NCBI GenBank assembly: GCA_003344405.1
Contig: NOWV01000015.1
Span: 62,001-126,000, forward strand
Direction: 5' to 3'
DNA: 64,000 bases
Source of the DNA: Trichoplax sp. H2
Lineage: Eukaryota
Made by a program: the position numbers and the translations under genes. Below the pieces are notes generated by a model that did not search any database, was not told where the DNA came from, and saw only the letters and a list, made by a program, of their open reading frames with translations. Of the stretch, positions 29,563-43,700 are shown piece by piece. Every line of letters begins with the position of its first letter. Position 1 is the stretch's first letter.

Positions 29563-32500
29563 ATGACTGGCTTGGAATCTTTGCTCAAAGCTGCTAAATA
29601 CCTTGAGCAGCAAGGATATCACCCTATTCCCGGTAAGTAAACTACAATCTATCCATCATATAAACTTCAATTGATAAAAAATCTGTACCGTTTTGTTCGT
29701 CGAAAGAATTGGTACATTAATTATTGGGCTTGATTGTATTAACCTCTCCTATGGACTACATTGACTTGTCGACAAATTGCCTTCTCCTAGTCTTGAACGA
29801 TGACAAAATCAATTGTAGACAATCATTGTCGTAGGCCAATGTCGTACTAGCTTTGCTTATTTTGAAATAACCAAGTCAATAGGAGCCAATACTACTACAA
29901 CAGGAGATACGAATTGGCACTTGATATCGCATCATCAAGTTAACTTGCGCTAGATAACATTTTGTTGAAAAGTTTCTTTTATACTAATGTTAGGATGACC
30001 ATTACAATAGTAGCCCTCATTTTTTATTTTACGTTATTATCCACTCGATAGACGATAGTGTGTCTACTCGGTACATTGCATGGGGAATGTATTGTGTCAT
30101 CGGTAAATACATTGATAGATGGAGTAGTCCATGATTGTATGCTCTGGCACATCTGTGGGTTGGCAACAACACAGCCGCCAAGATCAGTGTTTGCGCTACG
30201 ATTGTGGAATGACAGTCCAGATGTACCTTAGAAGAGATTGTCGATGTCAATCAACGCTTCCATCCGACTACATCTAGTGCACCAAACTTTATATAAGCAT
30301 ACTGTGCTAAAGTCATGTGAGACAGTGAATGTACACTTTCATCGTACTGGATGTACTGTAGTGTATTCAATAACGTAAAAAAAATTTTTTTTAGGCGGTC
30401 GTTATGTTTTCGTTGAATTAGACGTTCGTTATTATAATTTGGGGAGAAGGGGAAACACCAAATTTAATATGGGTAACCAACTTGATGGAAGCAGTCTCTA
30501 AATACCCATCGTGTAGACCTGATAGAAATAGTACTAGATAGATGGATGTACGTATCGATCGGTTATGTCGATATCAGTTGGGAAAAATAAATAACATCAA
30601 TCAAGGCGTACACAATACTTTCTTCAAAATTATTGTATAGCGGTTTTTTGTGCGAACCACTGCAGCAACATCACTGTAACTCTAGCGATGATCATTGGCA
30701 AATAGATCCACAGTATACGTGTATAAAGAAAGAAATACTGGTATAGCAATAGCCGATGGATAGGAACAAATAGTCTAGTCTGTTTTCAATTGAGAATACT
30801 GGACCATGGAATATTCAAAGTGCAACCTGCCTATCTAGTGCTATACTGTAATAGACCTGATCGGGTACAGTATGTTATTATTGTTCGATCCTGCAATTAT
30901 TCAGAGGAGGAGGGTCGAACAGTACGATCACATGAACTAATTCTGCTGAATGAAGCACAACGTTTTAATCATTCAATGAAGACCAAATGTTCTTCGATGC
31001 TTTTAAGCTTGCAATACTTTTCTTATTCGTAAAAGCCCTATTCAAGTCAACGCCAATTGCGAAATGACCAAGTTCGATGTAGATCTTAGAGTATAGTTTA
31101 CTAAATTGGGCCAAGCGCGAGAATTTATACTAGGGCAGAAATTTCCCCTTGCGCTGAATGATAATAAACAAAATATTTTTGTTATTTCATTGCTTCAATG
31201 AAATTTTATGAATTTTATAGTTGGCTTTCTATTCTTTCTCGCACGTGTGATATGTTGTGATCGATGATGTGGCACTGTAAATAGTTGAAATGGTATATTG
31301 TAGGAGACACAAAGATGCCATCGTATAAAGTCATGATGATAACGTTTATATTTCATGGGTTTGATTAATGAAATATTATTTTTGCCTTGTATCCTTTGTG
31401 GTATATTTTTAGACACACGTGAACAACGGCGTGAAAAACACGAAAATTCCAGGATAACCAAAAGGTCAGAAACTATTCTAGTTTACTACTGTAGTAGATG
31501 GTTTAATGAACCGACCATTGCATCCTATTGGGAAACGTGACTACGACTGCATAGACTCAACGTATCTGTTTGTATAGCTGAAGGGTAGCACTGTGTTAGA
31601 AAGCATCATCTGAGTACTATGATTTAATAGACTCAGCATCGTTGAGAGAAGAAAACCTTCTTTTGTAAGCATGGTGAAAACAATTCACACTCGTCTATGC
31701 CTGACTGCTGACTCCATAGAGATAGATTGTAGTTGCATCCTTGTACCAAGTAGCAGCACTTTATCAGTCTGTGTGCTGATTCAATTTTGTTTACTGAGAG
31801 GGTTTTTTTTTCAATCATTTACTTATGGACTGTATAATGACAATACAAACTCGTCAGCACCTACTATCCTATACGTATGTTGGTATGATCATTGATATAA
31901 GTCAGGACGTGATAAGTCCATTTCCATCCAGAGCAAGCATTCAGACTTATCATTTAATAAACATAATTTTACCCTCTTGTCCTAAAACACGAGTACGAAT
32001 AGAATGATGACAAGTTTCCAATACTTTCATTGAAATGGCAAATTCCATCTTTCCATTACTACAGTATGTTCCAATTTGGATACAAAGTCGTCATTCATGT
32101 TATCGGAGACCAACAACGACGACTTGTATCACAGTCAAGTACAATATTATTTTATACTGCGAATCACTCATCGTCATCTCCCCCCTAGTATCACAGAATT
32201 AGTTATTGTCCATGGTTGCTTTGTCAAGCAAATAAAGTTACTCTATTAATGAATAGTCAATACGGTATTATGATGACCTTTGTTCATCAATCCATGTAGT
32301 AATATATTTCCAAGTTGATTCTTTGTCTTGGCACTATTTTACTGCCTTGATGTACAATTTAATTACGTCAGTATTGCCAATGATCATGTGCTCGTGTCAA
32401 AAGGGGAATATAGCGTGACTGATATTGGAGACTGCTTGCTCCACGTTATTGTCAGTAGGAACGCTCCATTTCATGCATAGATTGTCTTGTGATCGATTGT

Positions 32501-35500
32501 CCCTCCAAAGTCAACAGCCAAATTTGTTTATGTAGTCTCCACTGGTGCGGATACTTGGCATACGTTTACTTCAACAACGGTGTTAAAACTTCACGCTGAG
32601 TTGCCTACTGCCATCACCTAAAATGACTCCGAAAGTGTTGGCGCTAAAGACTCTATAGACAATATCCTCGTGTTGTCCACTTTTCACAGGTCTGTTGGCT
32701 TATTTCGAGCAGCTCGACTGAATTTCAATGCAAATACATGACGTCAAAAGCTGCACTAGAAAGGGGGAGCAAAAAAAAAAAGTGTTTATTGATAGTGAGC
32801 TAACTGTGTCATACGATCGAACTTCCTTCAGTGGACGGTAGCGATTGAATTTGCGACCAAGAATGGATGATAAAACGTTTCAGTATCACCATCATCTACG
32901 TTGTTGAACCCGATGCGAAATCAATTCCTTTTGATGGAACTCTATTCATCACCCTCGTCAGTAAAGTAGGACAGGATATCATCAAAAGAGTCGGCAGGAT
33001 GATTCACATTGTTGGACTGTAGGCAAAATCAATTCCTTTTGATGGAACTCTGTTCATCACCCTAGTCAGTAAAGTAGGACAGGATATCATCGTATTCGCC
33101 TCTGTACAACATCATCAAAAGAGTCGGCTGCAGGGAGGATAATCATTCTCAAATACTCAACAAGAGTTGTATTATGCGTGAAAGAGGGAAAAAATACTAC
33201 GTCAAAACATGCATTCATGCGTTTAGGGAATGGATGATACAGGCCTTTCCTATCACAAAGTCAATCATGTCTCTGAAAGCATGCTGTATGGCAAAGGATA
33301 ACCCTACTGTATGGACTAGCAGTCGATTATCAAGAAATTGATTGATTGATCCATGAGGAAAACACGCTGGGTAAGAGTGGACTATTCCAATCGGATAGCC
33401 GATCGTTAGAAGGATGTTACACTACAATCATTCATAGGGTATTTTGAATAGAAAATAAAATTGAAAAAAAATACTATGCTAATAGAACGTGGATGATTAC
33501 GGCATTATCTAGCTATGTTATATTACTAAAATTGCATCAAGAAAAGCCATTGCCTCGAGGTGACTGGGCGTGTGACTAGTGGATGACAGCGGGATCACAA
33601 TGGATTGATTATACTAATTGATGGCAAGACGAGTCGACGATAATGACTTGATGTAGTGCAAATGAATTTTTGTTTCCATTCCTCAATCATACTATGCAAT
33701 AGTACAAAGCGAAATAGAATCATTTTGGAAATCACTACAGCCATTCCATTTCCATTGGAACTGGTGTTATTTATTTAACACCAACTCGTTCAACATCGCT
33801 CATCTTGCTTAGTTTACACTCTTTACGTTTTATATTCATGTGCGTATTGTTCATTAATCCTAGGTGTTGGGGTTCGAGTTAATAGTAAGCGTTTTGATTA
33901 ATCGAATGGATAGAGTGTGATAGCGAGAAAGCCAACACTGTTGTTGAAATACTCTATCATCCATAGGATTACCATATCATTCAAGCTCATCACCAGCTCG
34001 ACTAACGTAAAATACAAGTTGTTCATCAACGTTTTTCCCAAATGATGAATGCATACTAAAACAATGCATCAGACAATAAACCTCTGTTGTACAGTTGATG
34101 CATATTACAATTAATTATCTTAATTACTGCCCTATACAGTGTAAAACATCTGAATAGACACTGTGCCCAATGTAGCCTAGTGTCAAGACGTCAATAGTAA
34201 TATTCAATTGGATAGTATGTTTCAGTAAACATCCAGACAATCTTGCATCGTTAACTAACAGTAAAATGACAAATAAAAGAAATTTTATCCAAAAAGAATT
34301 CAAGTTGTTATAATTGTTATGATAATAGCTATAGTCGATCAATAAACAAATGTCGTTGCACAATTTTCAATGTATAATGTTGTAATAACTTGTTTTGGTT
34401 GATTATTTAATGTGCAGTTGATTGTAACTCGGACTGACGAGAGTCACTTCCTTTCCTCATAATTCCTACCATGTAGATTGCCTAGTCTATCGTATGACGT
34501 AAAATTTTAAAAATGACTTACAATGCTTTACCCCTGATTGATCTGATCAGAATTACAATAATCGATTTATATATATTTTTTCCCCCGCTACCTTACAAAG
34601 AGTTATGACGTGACTGAAGATCATTTATTTCCAGAAATAACTGTATGATCGTTAACATCCGACACGTAAAATGCAATTACAATCGATACGATGGAGAAGC
34701 CCTCGCAAAATACACAGTTTGCAGTATAATCCTGTATAGCATGGAGAGTCAAAATGGATAAGTTGTTGATGGGTGAAATGACGATTTGTACTGAAATCTG
34801 CAGAGCTTTTAGACTAGTACTCTGCTTGAATGGGTCTGTCTTATTCCAGGCACAAAAGCGCTGTATTAATATTGCATTGAGTAGAAGCATTAGTGAATAA
34901 TAAAGCTTTTACGTCAGCAATAATTTACTCCACCTTGATTGCCATCACTATTTTCAAGTCTCAAACAAACTCTATTTTGCTATTTTATATGAATTTTTTC
35001 CATTATCATCAGCAGTATTTGAACAATTTCAACCATCTTAATGCTATAAAAATCATCGACTGCATCGCATAGTTAATTAATTAATCATAATAATTGAACT
35101 AACTTCGATATCACCAGAAATGGTGTGAACTGGCTGTATACAACATGTGTACCCTTATAATTTCTATTAAATTACAATTATATAGTGTAGTATCATTTTG
35201 TGTGCGGGAACGATTGTGGCCATCACTAAAACATGCTATTCAATGAGTTCCCAACTTGAAAAAAAGTAAGTTATACCATCAAAAACAACTCTTCTTTCTT
35301 CAACATTCATATCCTTGCAAAATTCAACGTAGCACTACAGTACAGTACTAATGTACTATAATGTATTGATAAAAATGCTACATTTACAATAGGTCAGTTA
35401 TCGTAATAATATCAGTTGAGACCATTAGAAATTAAAAATACGATCCATTGGGGATATTTTGCATACAATCGAGCATTTTACATTTATGATGGTGCCGTCA

Positions 35501-38500
35501 AAATTCAAGTCATGCCTATGGATGTGTTGAACATCGCCTACATAGCATGAAGCATTTTCAATATTTTGACGTCTTGTTAACGGCTTGAAATAAAATATAC
35601 GAAATAATTCAGTAATTATGATAGTAATGCTAAACAACAAACAAATATGCCACATTGTCCATTTCTATACATACTACACTGCGTCTGCCATTGATTCTTT
35701 AATTAATACAAAATAGTTTATTATCTGGGAAAATTTTACTTTTGAAGGTAGCGAGTGAGTCAATATAGGATTTAGCACGATGCAAAGAATCATTCAAAAT
35801 ATCAATGCTCGTTCTCGAGACAACAGACAACAGAATATTCATTAATGAGGAATGGACATCAATGCCCTAGAATTTCTAATTTATGATGATATCATCTTGT
35901 ACGTTCGGTACGACTGTCTATGTAGAGGCATGAGAGCAAATTGAACGCTAGATAGCATGTGAGATTGTCCCTACTTTTTATCCATTTGTTTCCTTTGTAT
36001 CTTAACGACAATAATCATTCTAATTAATCATCATTTTAAATCGCCCCACTTTTGTCTGAGTTCGCGGATGATGATTGATGTACAGTAGTTATTCTATCGG
36101 TAAAGTTGAGAAAAAAAATCAAGGCGACGATCATCAGTCAGCCACGTTGAATAAAATCAAGATAAATAATAGTAGTCATCCGATACAAATATGAAAATGT
36201 CGATTCGTATGGTCGTATTAGAAAATGATAACTAGGAGGGTCTTGTGATACAGCAATAGTCCAAGAATGTCTGCCTTTCACAACAATAACATGGCGATGA
36301 ATAAATGTTATGAAGAATAGGATACACAATTAATTATCATTTCCATGAACTTCCTTGACGTACTCTACAGTACAGAGTAGACTGTGAAATTGTTGACCTT
36401 CAATGTCGATACTACTAGCACATGTATTGCATACTATTGATTTTATGAATTTTTCTTCCAATACGTTGATTGGGTAAACTAGCGAACAATATGCTAGGAT
36501 ATGGCTATGGAAGGAATAAAGAATGATCATTGTACAGTACAGTAGGTTTTATACCTTTGCCTTGATGTTAATGTCGAGCTTCCGTATACTACTACGTCAA
36601 TCGCTACAAAAGCATCAAAGCATTGACAAGTGACAAAGATATAGAAGGCCGAGGAGAATAGTAGTTTGATGCTAATTATTTTTAATTCTTCTACCTAAGT
36701 GCAATAATGATGATCATCATACTAACACTATGATGATGGTGATGATCCAATGGATAGGATCACTACCATACTTGTATGCCATAGAAACAAACTTTAAAAG
36801 ATAGAATAGAATGCTATTGCAGGACACCATGGCCCAAATGGTACCATGCCAGACATGAATGCTGATGCATTAGGCATTATTTTATTTATCCCTATTGAAA
36901 TTAAAATTGGCAATCATACGAATATTTTACTAGTCATCAATCAGATGTACAGTAATGACGTCGATCCATTGTCCATAGCCATTGAATAACTGGCGCCTGG
37001 AGTGATACTTTAGTAAGTATACAGTAAATTATACATCAGTCCGCCATCGATCATGGCTTGACGTATGAATTAATTAATGTACAAAGGAATCATCGACTTT
37101 GCCTAATCATAGTAACGATTGAAATAAAACTACTAGACCCATTCATTACACTTGAAATTGATTTTTTTTGGTACACTATCATCAATTAAGTTGTTCTTTG
37201 TCTAACTCTTGTTGAAACATTTCTTTTCCATATCAATTAATCTTTCTACTTGATCATCAATTCCATAGATTAGGGTAATAAATGAAATTAAAAATTTCTT
37301 TCTACTACAAGCAGGACAATATTGAATGTAATTATTCTATCATTATTCTTCGTCCTGTATACTAAATGATGATTATTATTTGTCTTGTCGGCTACTCCTG
37401 ACCTCTGAACGTGATTAATTAATTAATATGTAAATTAAAGTATTACTGCAGATGCGCTAAGTAACCACATGATCATCTTCCCTGGGGACTTACTCACTTC
37501 AATGGATCAATTGTTTGAAGGATAGAAAGTTAAACGTTCGTTCAAATGGCGCAATATACATGCTTAATAAAGTATCGCCAGTAATGTACAGTAGAATAAA
37601 AAAATCGCTACACAACGTACTATTTTCGTACATTATGCCATAGGTCGTAGGGCTGTACAAACAGCTGACATAATGACGCTGAATATACAGTTAGCAAAGT
37701 AAGTAGCTGAAAGCGATCATCAATAAGTGTGGTCTCTTCATCTACAATCAATGAAGAGTATTCCATTAGCCTAACCTATAATAGTTCGTTGTCATAGGGT
37801 AAGAGAAAAAACTTCTCCAAGACTTTGATGATTGCGTTGTATCGCATAGACCATTCTCGTATATTAACCCTTAATATTCATTGATTGTTATGCTATCACT
37901 GTCATTGATGCCATCATGTCAAGACCTAGATGATTGCCTTGTATCGCATGGACCATTCTCTTGTATTATTATTATTAATATTCATTGATTTTGTACTATC
38001 ACTGTCATGATGTCATCATGTTTTTAACGATGCCGTATCGTACTAGAATTCAAATTGAATAATAAATTACAGCTTTTCGACACACCTTTAGTACATTTCA
38101 TTTGCATGATTGACGAGGCCATGACATTGCGTCCATTTACAAACTTATCATCGAAATCCTCATTTTTATCGCTATAATTGAGATATTTCTGTGTAAGTAA
38201 TACTCGATTATAACGGCAATGTGTGACAAATTGTAAAGTAAAAAGTACAGGTACAGCTTGACAGTACGCAAATATCACCAGCGAGAGTTCAATTAGTTAA
38301 AATAGTCGCAATATCCAAATCAACGTTCTATTCGAGAAATTTTTACATTTCATCGTAAAGGGAATACAACTATCGTCTATGCCCACGCTAATAAATCAAC
38401 TGGCATTCACAATAAGATAGCATTCTACAATCTACATCATCATTGATCAGTACAGTATGCTTTCATCTTTAACGAAAAATTTCTCTTGTCAATGGGTAGA

Positions 38501-39698
38501 ATAAAAATTGAATGCTTGACCTAGTACATCTTGAGTGTCCTAATTATAGCATACAATGAACTTCCTTGAAGGTATATTCGACAACTTAGACATTGTTTCG
38601 GTTTAGCAATTGACTTTATACATCTGCAGTCTCACATAATAATATAATATAATGATATACAATGTTCGTGTTATCTGTAAGTTCTACGTACGGTAAATAG
38701 AGAATTATGAAGCTAGTACCACTAATAATGACTCTATAGAACTGTAAACTAGTATAGATATTACAGTGGCAATAGCTATATGCGAATAATTGATATAGAA
38801 GCTGAAAAGATTCTCCTTTTTCCGATATATAATAATTTAATTGGCAACGTTATTTCTTTACTTTTTCCTATTATAGTCGGTCTACCCATAATCAGTTGGA
38901 AAAAAAAAGGTTAGTTTAAGATGAATATCCAAGCCTATAAGATTGGCCTGGCCTACTCTTGTTAAACTATTCTACTTAGATTATACAGAAGAAGTTCAAT
39001 TGATCAATGTGTATTCTACGATATTCATTGCAGACTATCTACAGTACATTCTTAACAAATTTGTATATGATATCATTACTTTTACAGTACTACGCACTAA
39101 TTCAGTCTTTGATCAAACAATAAGCGATTGATTTAATAACAGCATTTATTCTTGTTAAACACAGGAGAGCGCATTTGCGTACATGCATGGAATCACTTCG
39201 TTCATCAGTACCAGCATTGAATGGAAATAAAGCTACAACGCTGTCACTGCTGGAAGGTGCCAGAGATTACATCGAGGTATGGTTAATATGGAATACTTTA
39301 TGTTTAATTTGACAGAGAAGATTGTCGTTATGATCATAGTTGCTTTTACCTTGTTATTATAGTATACTACTAGACGAAATGTCATGCAAAGTATCGATAT
39401 AAAGTCTTTAATGATATCTTTTTTATGTCATTAAATAAAGGCATTAAAATCAACTGCTTCTAAAACCGTACAAACGCAAGAAAAATTAAGAAAACAAAGA
39501 GAACTTTTACGAAAACGTATTTCTGATTTGGAATTGCAAGTTAATGCTTTAGGCGGACAAGGTTATGTGCCTCAAAAATGGGCTTCCAAAGATAACGAAG
39601 AGGAAAATATTGAAGTCGATGTTGTTAGTAGTGAGGATGATTGTCTAAGCTCATTTAGTGGTGGCAGTGATGGCTGTGCAGCTGATAATCGAATATAA
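29563..39698 (+). CDS. MXD: Mad/Mxi (MAX dimerization) bHLH-ZIP transcriptional repressor, 174 aa, 5 exons
   Basis: Exons 29563-29632, 31413-31464, 38877-38909, 39165-39276 and 39441-39698 join in frame (525 nt). N-terminal Sin3-interaction domain 'LESLLKAAKYLE'; basic-HLH 'RSTHNQLEKKRRAHLRTCMESLRSSVP...TTLSLLEGARDYIE'; leucine zipper; acidic 'EENIEVDVV' motif typical of MXD proteins. Confidence 0.92.
32918..33130. repeat. Near-perfect ~66 bp direct repeat in Mad intron 2
   Basis: AAATCAATTCCTTTTGATGGAACTCTRTTCATCACCCTMGTCAGTAAAGTAGGACAGGATATCATC at ~32918 and ~33026. ATCATCAAAAGAGTCGGC also occurs twice. Confidence 0.9.
37827..38022. repeat. Two-copy ~100 bp tandem duplication in Mad intron 2
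   Basis: GATGATTGC.TTGTATCGCAT.GACCATTCTC...TTAATATTCATTGATT...CTATCACTGTCAT at ~37827 and ~37929. Confidence 0.85.
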
Positions 39699-40708
39699 AG
39701 TTAAAAAACTGTGCAACTCCTGACCTGCTATATGCAGAAATTGCATAATATCATTTCCGATGTGATTGTCAATTAAATACACCAAAGCCGCTGTCACCAG
39801 ATTTCATTTTGGTAACGAAAAAGACGTCCATACTAAAGCGTAAAAACAAGCTACATTGTTAGATTTAGTTTTAACCGTATCGTTTGCATCGATCGCACTA
39901 TTACGTCATACTAATTGTGGTGCTTGCAATGTGCTCGTTATCGGACTATTGCAACTTGGACATATATACTATCTGTATTATTTCGATAATAAGGATACGT
40001 AATTTTTGTGTTAGTTGTAATCGATTGATGACATTCCTCTATTGATATTGTTAACCCTATGCTACCTTGTCTAACTTGATGGCTCCTACACTAAACTTAA
40101 ATTATCTATTAATAGCGTTTATCTTGTAAGGATTTCTCGCACACTTTCGTTGCGCAAACCTGAAATTTTTCATCAATTTTTAAATATCACAAATTGCTTT
40201 TAATAGCTGTTTGTTTAGTTATAAATAATGCTACAGTAGCATCAATCTTAAATAACATTATGAAAATTGAATATCTGTCAATATAGCAATAGCATTAACA
40301 ATTTGATCGTGTGCTATTCTGATGTTAACTAAGCTTAGAGGGCGTGATTAATATCAAGTCTACTTTTCTAAGTTTGGTTAAATGGCAACATACTTGTTGC
40401 TAACTAACTTAGTAATTATCTCAAACTTTGTTTTATATTGTCCCTTGATCTTTTGATCATAGCGTTAGTAATCGAGTCATGTGATGGATTGTTGATTAAA
40501 AAATCGAAAAAGCATGTATAATTTAAATAAGAAAAACATTGTTGATAATTGTGCATCGCTTTTGATTTTCTACATCATGACTATATGCTAACCAAAACGA
40601 TATCTTTGTACTTGTACTGGATACGGTACGTTATAGTGAAAAAAAAACAAAAAAAATGTGAATATAACGAATAAGTTTTTTTTCTCTAATAAGATACGTT
40701 ACTTAAGA

Positions 40709-40716
<8 letters not shown>

Positions 40717-40739
<23 letters not shown>

Positions 40740-40757
40740 CATATACGACTATATATG
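40717..40757. repeat. (TA)n microsatellite
   Basis: AT dinucleotide run downstream of Mad. Confidence 0.9.
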
Positions 40758-43700
40758 TATACGTATACTATGGAAAATGTCACCATGCACACATACGTTG
40801 GATTATTATAGTATGAATGAAGCAGATTACCCCTTGGCTAGATGTTATTGAGTAAAAATAACGCTTGATGTAGAATATATTTGTGTATTTGTAAGTGTGT
40901 GTTTGTGAGCATAAACCCCCAAAAATGTAACTAAATATGCGTAACGAATTCTGTGAATGAATATAGTATTGTATTTGCAACCGAAAAATAAAAAATTTTT
41001 CCCAGATTTTATATTAGTTCTCCGTGAATCGAATACATGCATTCCATCTTTTTGATCTCTAACTAGGAAATGCCAGCAACCGCCGACTGTTTACAAAAGG
41101 TTCCACTTTTACTAGCAGGTAAAGGTCAATTTAAAAGGTCTCTTAATCTATTATCAAAATCAGTATCGGTGATTTTATTTATATTTTTTTTACCGCTTCT
41201 AATTCTGATTTGATAATAAGTAATATCAAAGATATCAAGATAAAAATAAGAATGGTTAATGTAGTTAAAGTCCATGTACCATATTGATAAATTCATGTAG
41301 ACTATAGCCAAGGACAATATTACTGGGGATAGACAGTTCCATCAACTTCAAACTTCTTTCGAGTGGTAGGCTAGTGAAATATTGGAACTTGTTCAAAATC
41401 TAGTGCAAATAGTTTTAAGTTAACTTCTAAAATTCGCACTGTAATTTAGATAGTTTAAGTATATTATGTTTTTTGGCCTACAAGTGTTCCTAATCTATAG
41501 AAAATTAAAGACTCTAGTAACTGAATAAAGGTCTGCATTGCCCTAAATTGTATGATGCAATGATTAGTTCTGCAATGCCACAAATGACCGCATTACTAGA
41601 AATCTATAGCGGCTTATCCAAATATATAGTATATTATAAAATATAGTACTGGCTCGGCATAATTACCATTTCCTTGTGACTAGGACTATGGTATCAAATC
41701 ATTATTATTAACCCCACGGGTTTAATTTTAATAAATAACTAAATAGGAAAAGTAGCACAAATAGTGATGAAGGTAAATTAATTAAATAACATTCGTCATA
41801 TTCAAGGCTGGCTTTACTGCATGCACTCTTCCTCTAATGGTAGAAAAGTGGGGGCCATCTCTACATTGTATAAGTAATATTTCTGGACTCGACTTAGGTA
41901 TTTCAGGCCCTACTTTTTTCGTCGATGCTTCTTTGGTTAAATTAATATAAGTTTAGAGATGTTTGGTAAACTTATTCTGTATACATCATAAAACTTGCAA
42001 CTGTGTTTACCTCGTCATGGCTGAGATCAGAACTAGCCACTACGAAAATGTTTATCAGATTAAGTATTCAATGAGACTCTGCCTCTTTAGCCACGTTTTT
42101 AATACTGTATGTATCATTTCTAGATTTTTCTATAGCTTTAACGCAAATATTGATCACTTGTAAAGACTGACAGTACTATCGTAAGCATTTATTGTCTACG
42201 AGAGACTAGTAAGCTAGGTAGAACGGAGTATTAATATTGCCGTCGTAGCTTTTACTTGAGTTAACTAGACTCCCTATTGGAACCAATTTGATATCAACAA
42301 CTATAAGTATTTGATTGCTTGGTAATATACTATGCTATGGCAAGATAAATTCTCAACACGAGTCAGTACTATTTTCAGAAACTACAGGAGATTGCAAGTA
42401 TTAGCACAAAGATAACGATAGCTCAAGCCAACAACTGTAGCCAGATGATTCCGTTGTGCTATTGACTCGATTCGTAATGGGTATTTTGTATCTACAAATT
42501 GTACTTATCGACTAAAAATGGACTCCATATAAAGTCTTTTTACGGTTGGTCTGGCTGTAAATTGATAATCATTATTGTCTTTTCATACTCCAAATTATAA
42601 AATAAAAATTATTGATTTCGATATACCGAGTTTTAATATCGGATAACAACTCTACCTTGTCTAAATCAAATCAGGCATACCCAGCAAGTTAATAACTACT
42701 CATTTATTAAGGATAAATAATTCTATCTTAATATTATCAACATTGCCTTTCTAATATCACATTTTGCTATAATTTAATGTTACTATAAGACTATGGAAAG
42801 GTAATTTAATATTCAAATCGATTGCAGATTTAGCCAGAAAATACATTGTTGCGGCAAATTTTACCTATGGCAGTACGCAATATTCTATACACGTGGTATC
42901 GGCAGTCAGAAAGTAGAATAATAGAATAGATTGCCAGCGATGGATAATTTATAACTAATTTTCATAAAATAAGCAAATTAATAAGAGTCACTAATTACGT
43001 AATTAAATTGTTTATTTGCCTTGGTGGAGAAGAAGAAGGGTGTCAACTATTAAAAATAACAAATAACAAATATCGGACAATATGGTTGCCTTAAAATGAT
43101 TGAATTCATGACCTTCACAACAACATTATTCAGGCAATTTGACCAACATACGTGGGTGCATAAAATAAAAATAATATCCTACGCTTGCATGATCATTTGT
43201 ATTAGCTAGATACACGAAACTCTAATAGAACCATATTGTAATCACTAGTTCGTATACAAATTTCCCTTATCAATTTACCCCTGTAGATAATCATTTTAGT
43301 CAATTTACAAGCGTGATTTTAATCGAATAGCACAATTATTTTTCATCAGCTATGATGGATTATATAACTATCGCTAGAGTGAGTTACTACTCTAGCAAAA
43401 TGTTCTAAAACTACCTTACAAATTGCATTCTCATTCAATTATTTCTCGGACCAAAAGTTTGAAAATCGTTCATAACTCAACTATTAAAAGCACTTTAAAA
43501 TGATTAAAAAATTTATGCTGTATAGCGAATGGCTTGAAATTGAATAGCTATTGCTTGTGCTCGTTTGTACTTTTAAAATCGTCTTCAGGGTTATTTTCTA
43601 TTCGACAGTTACTAATTCTATCATGACCTGTGATTCGTTTATTTTTTTATTATGGCGACCAACTGGGTTTATCCGTCAATTTCATCATCTTGATAAGTTA

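Noticed and set aside
37798-37828. Acceptor-like site as an extra Mad exon
   Set aside because: It hits an in-frame stop, and the exon at 38877 gives the correct bHLH junction.
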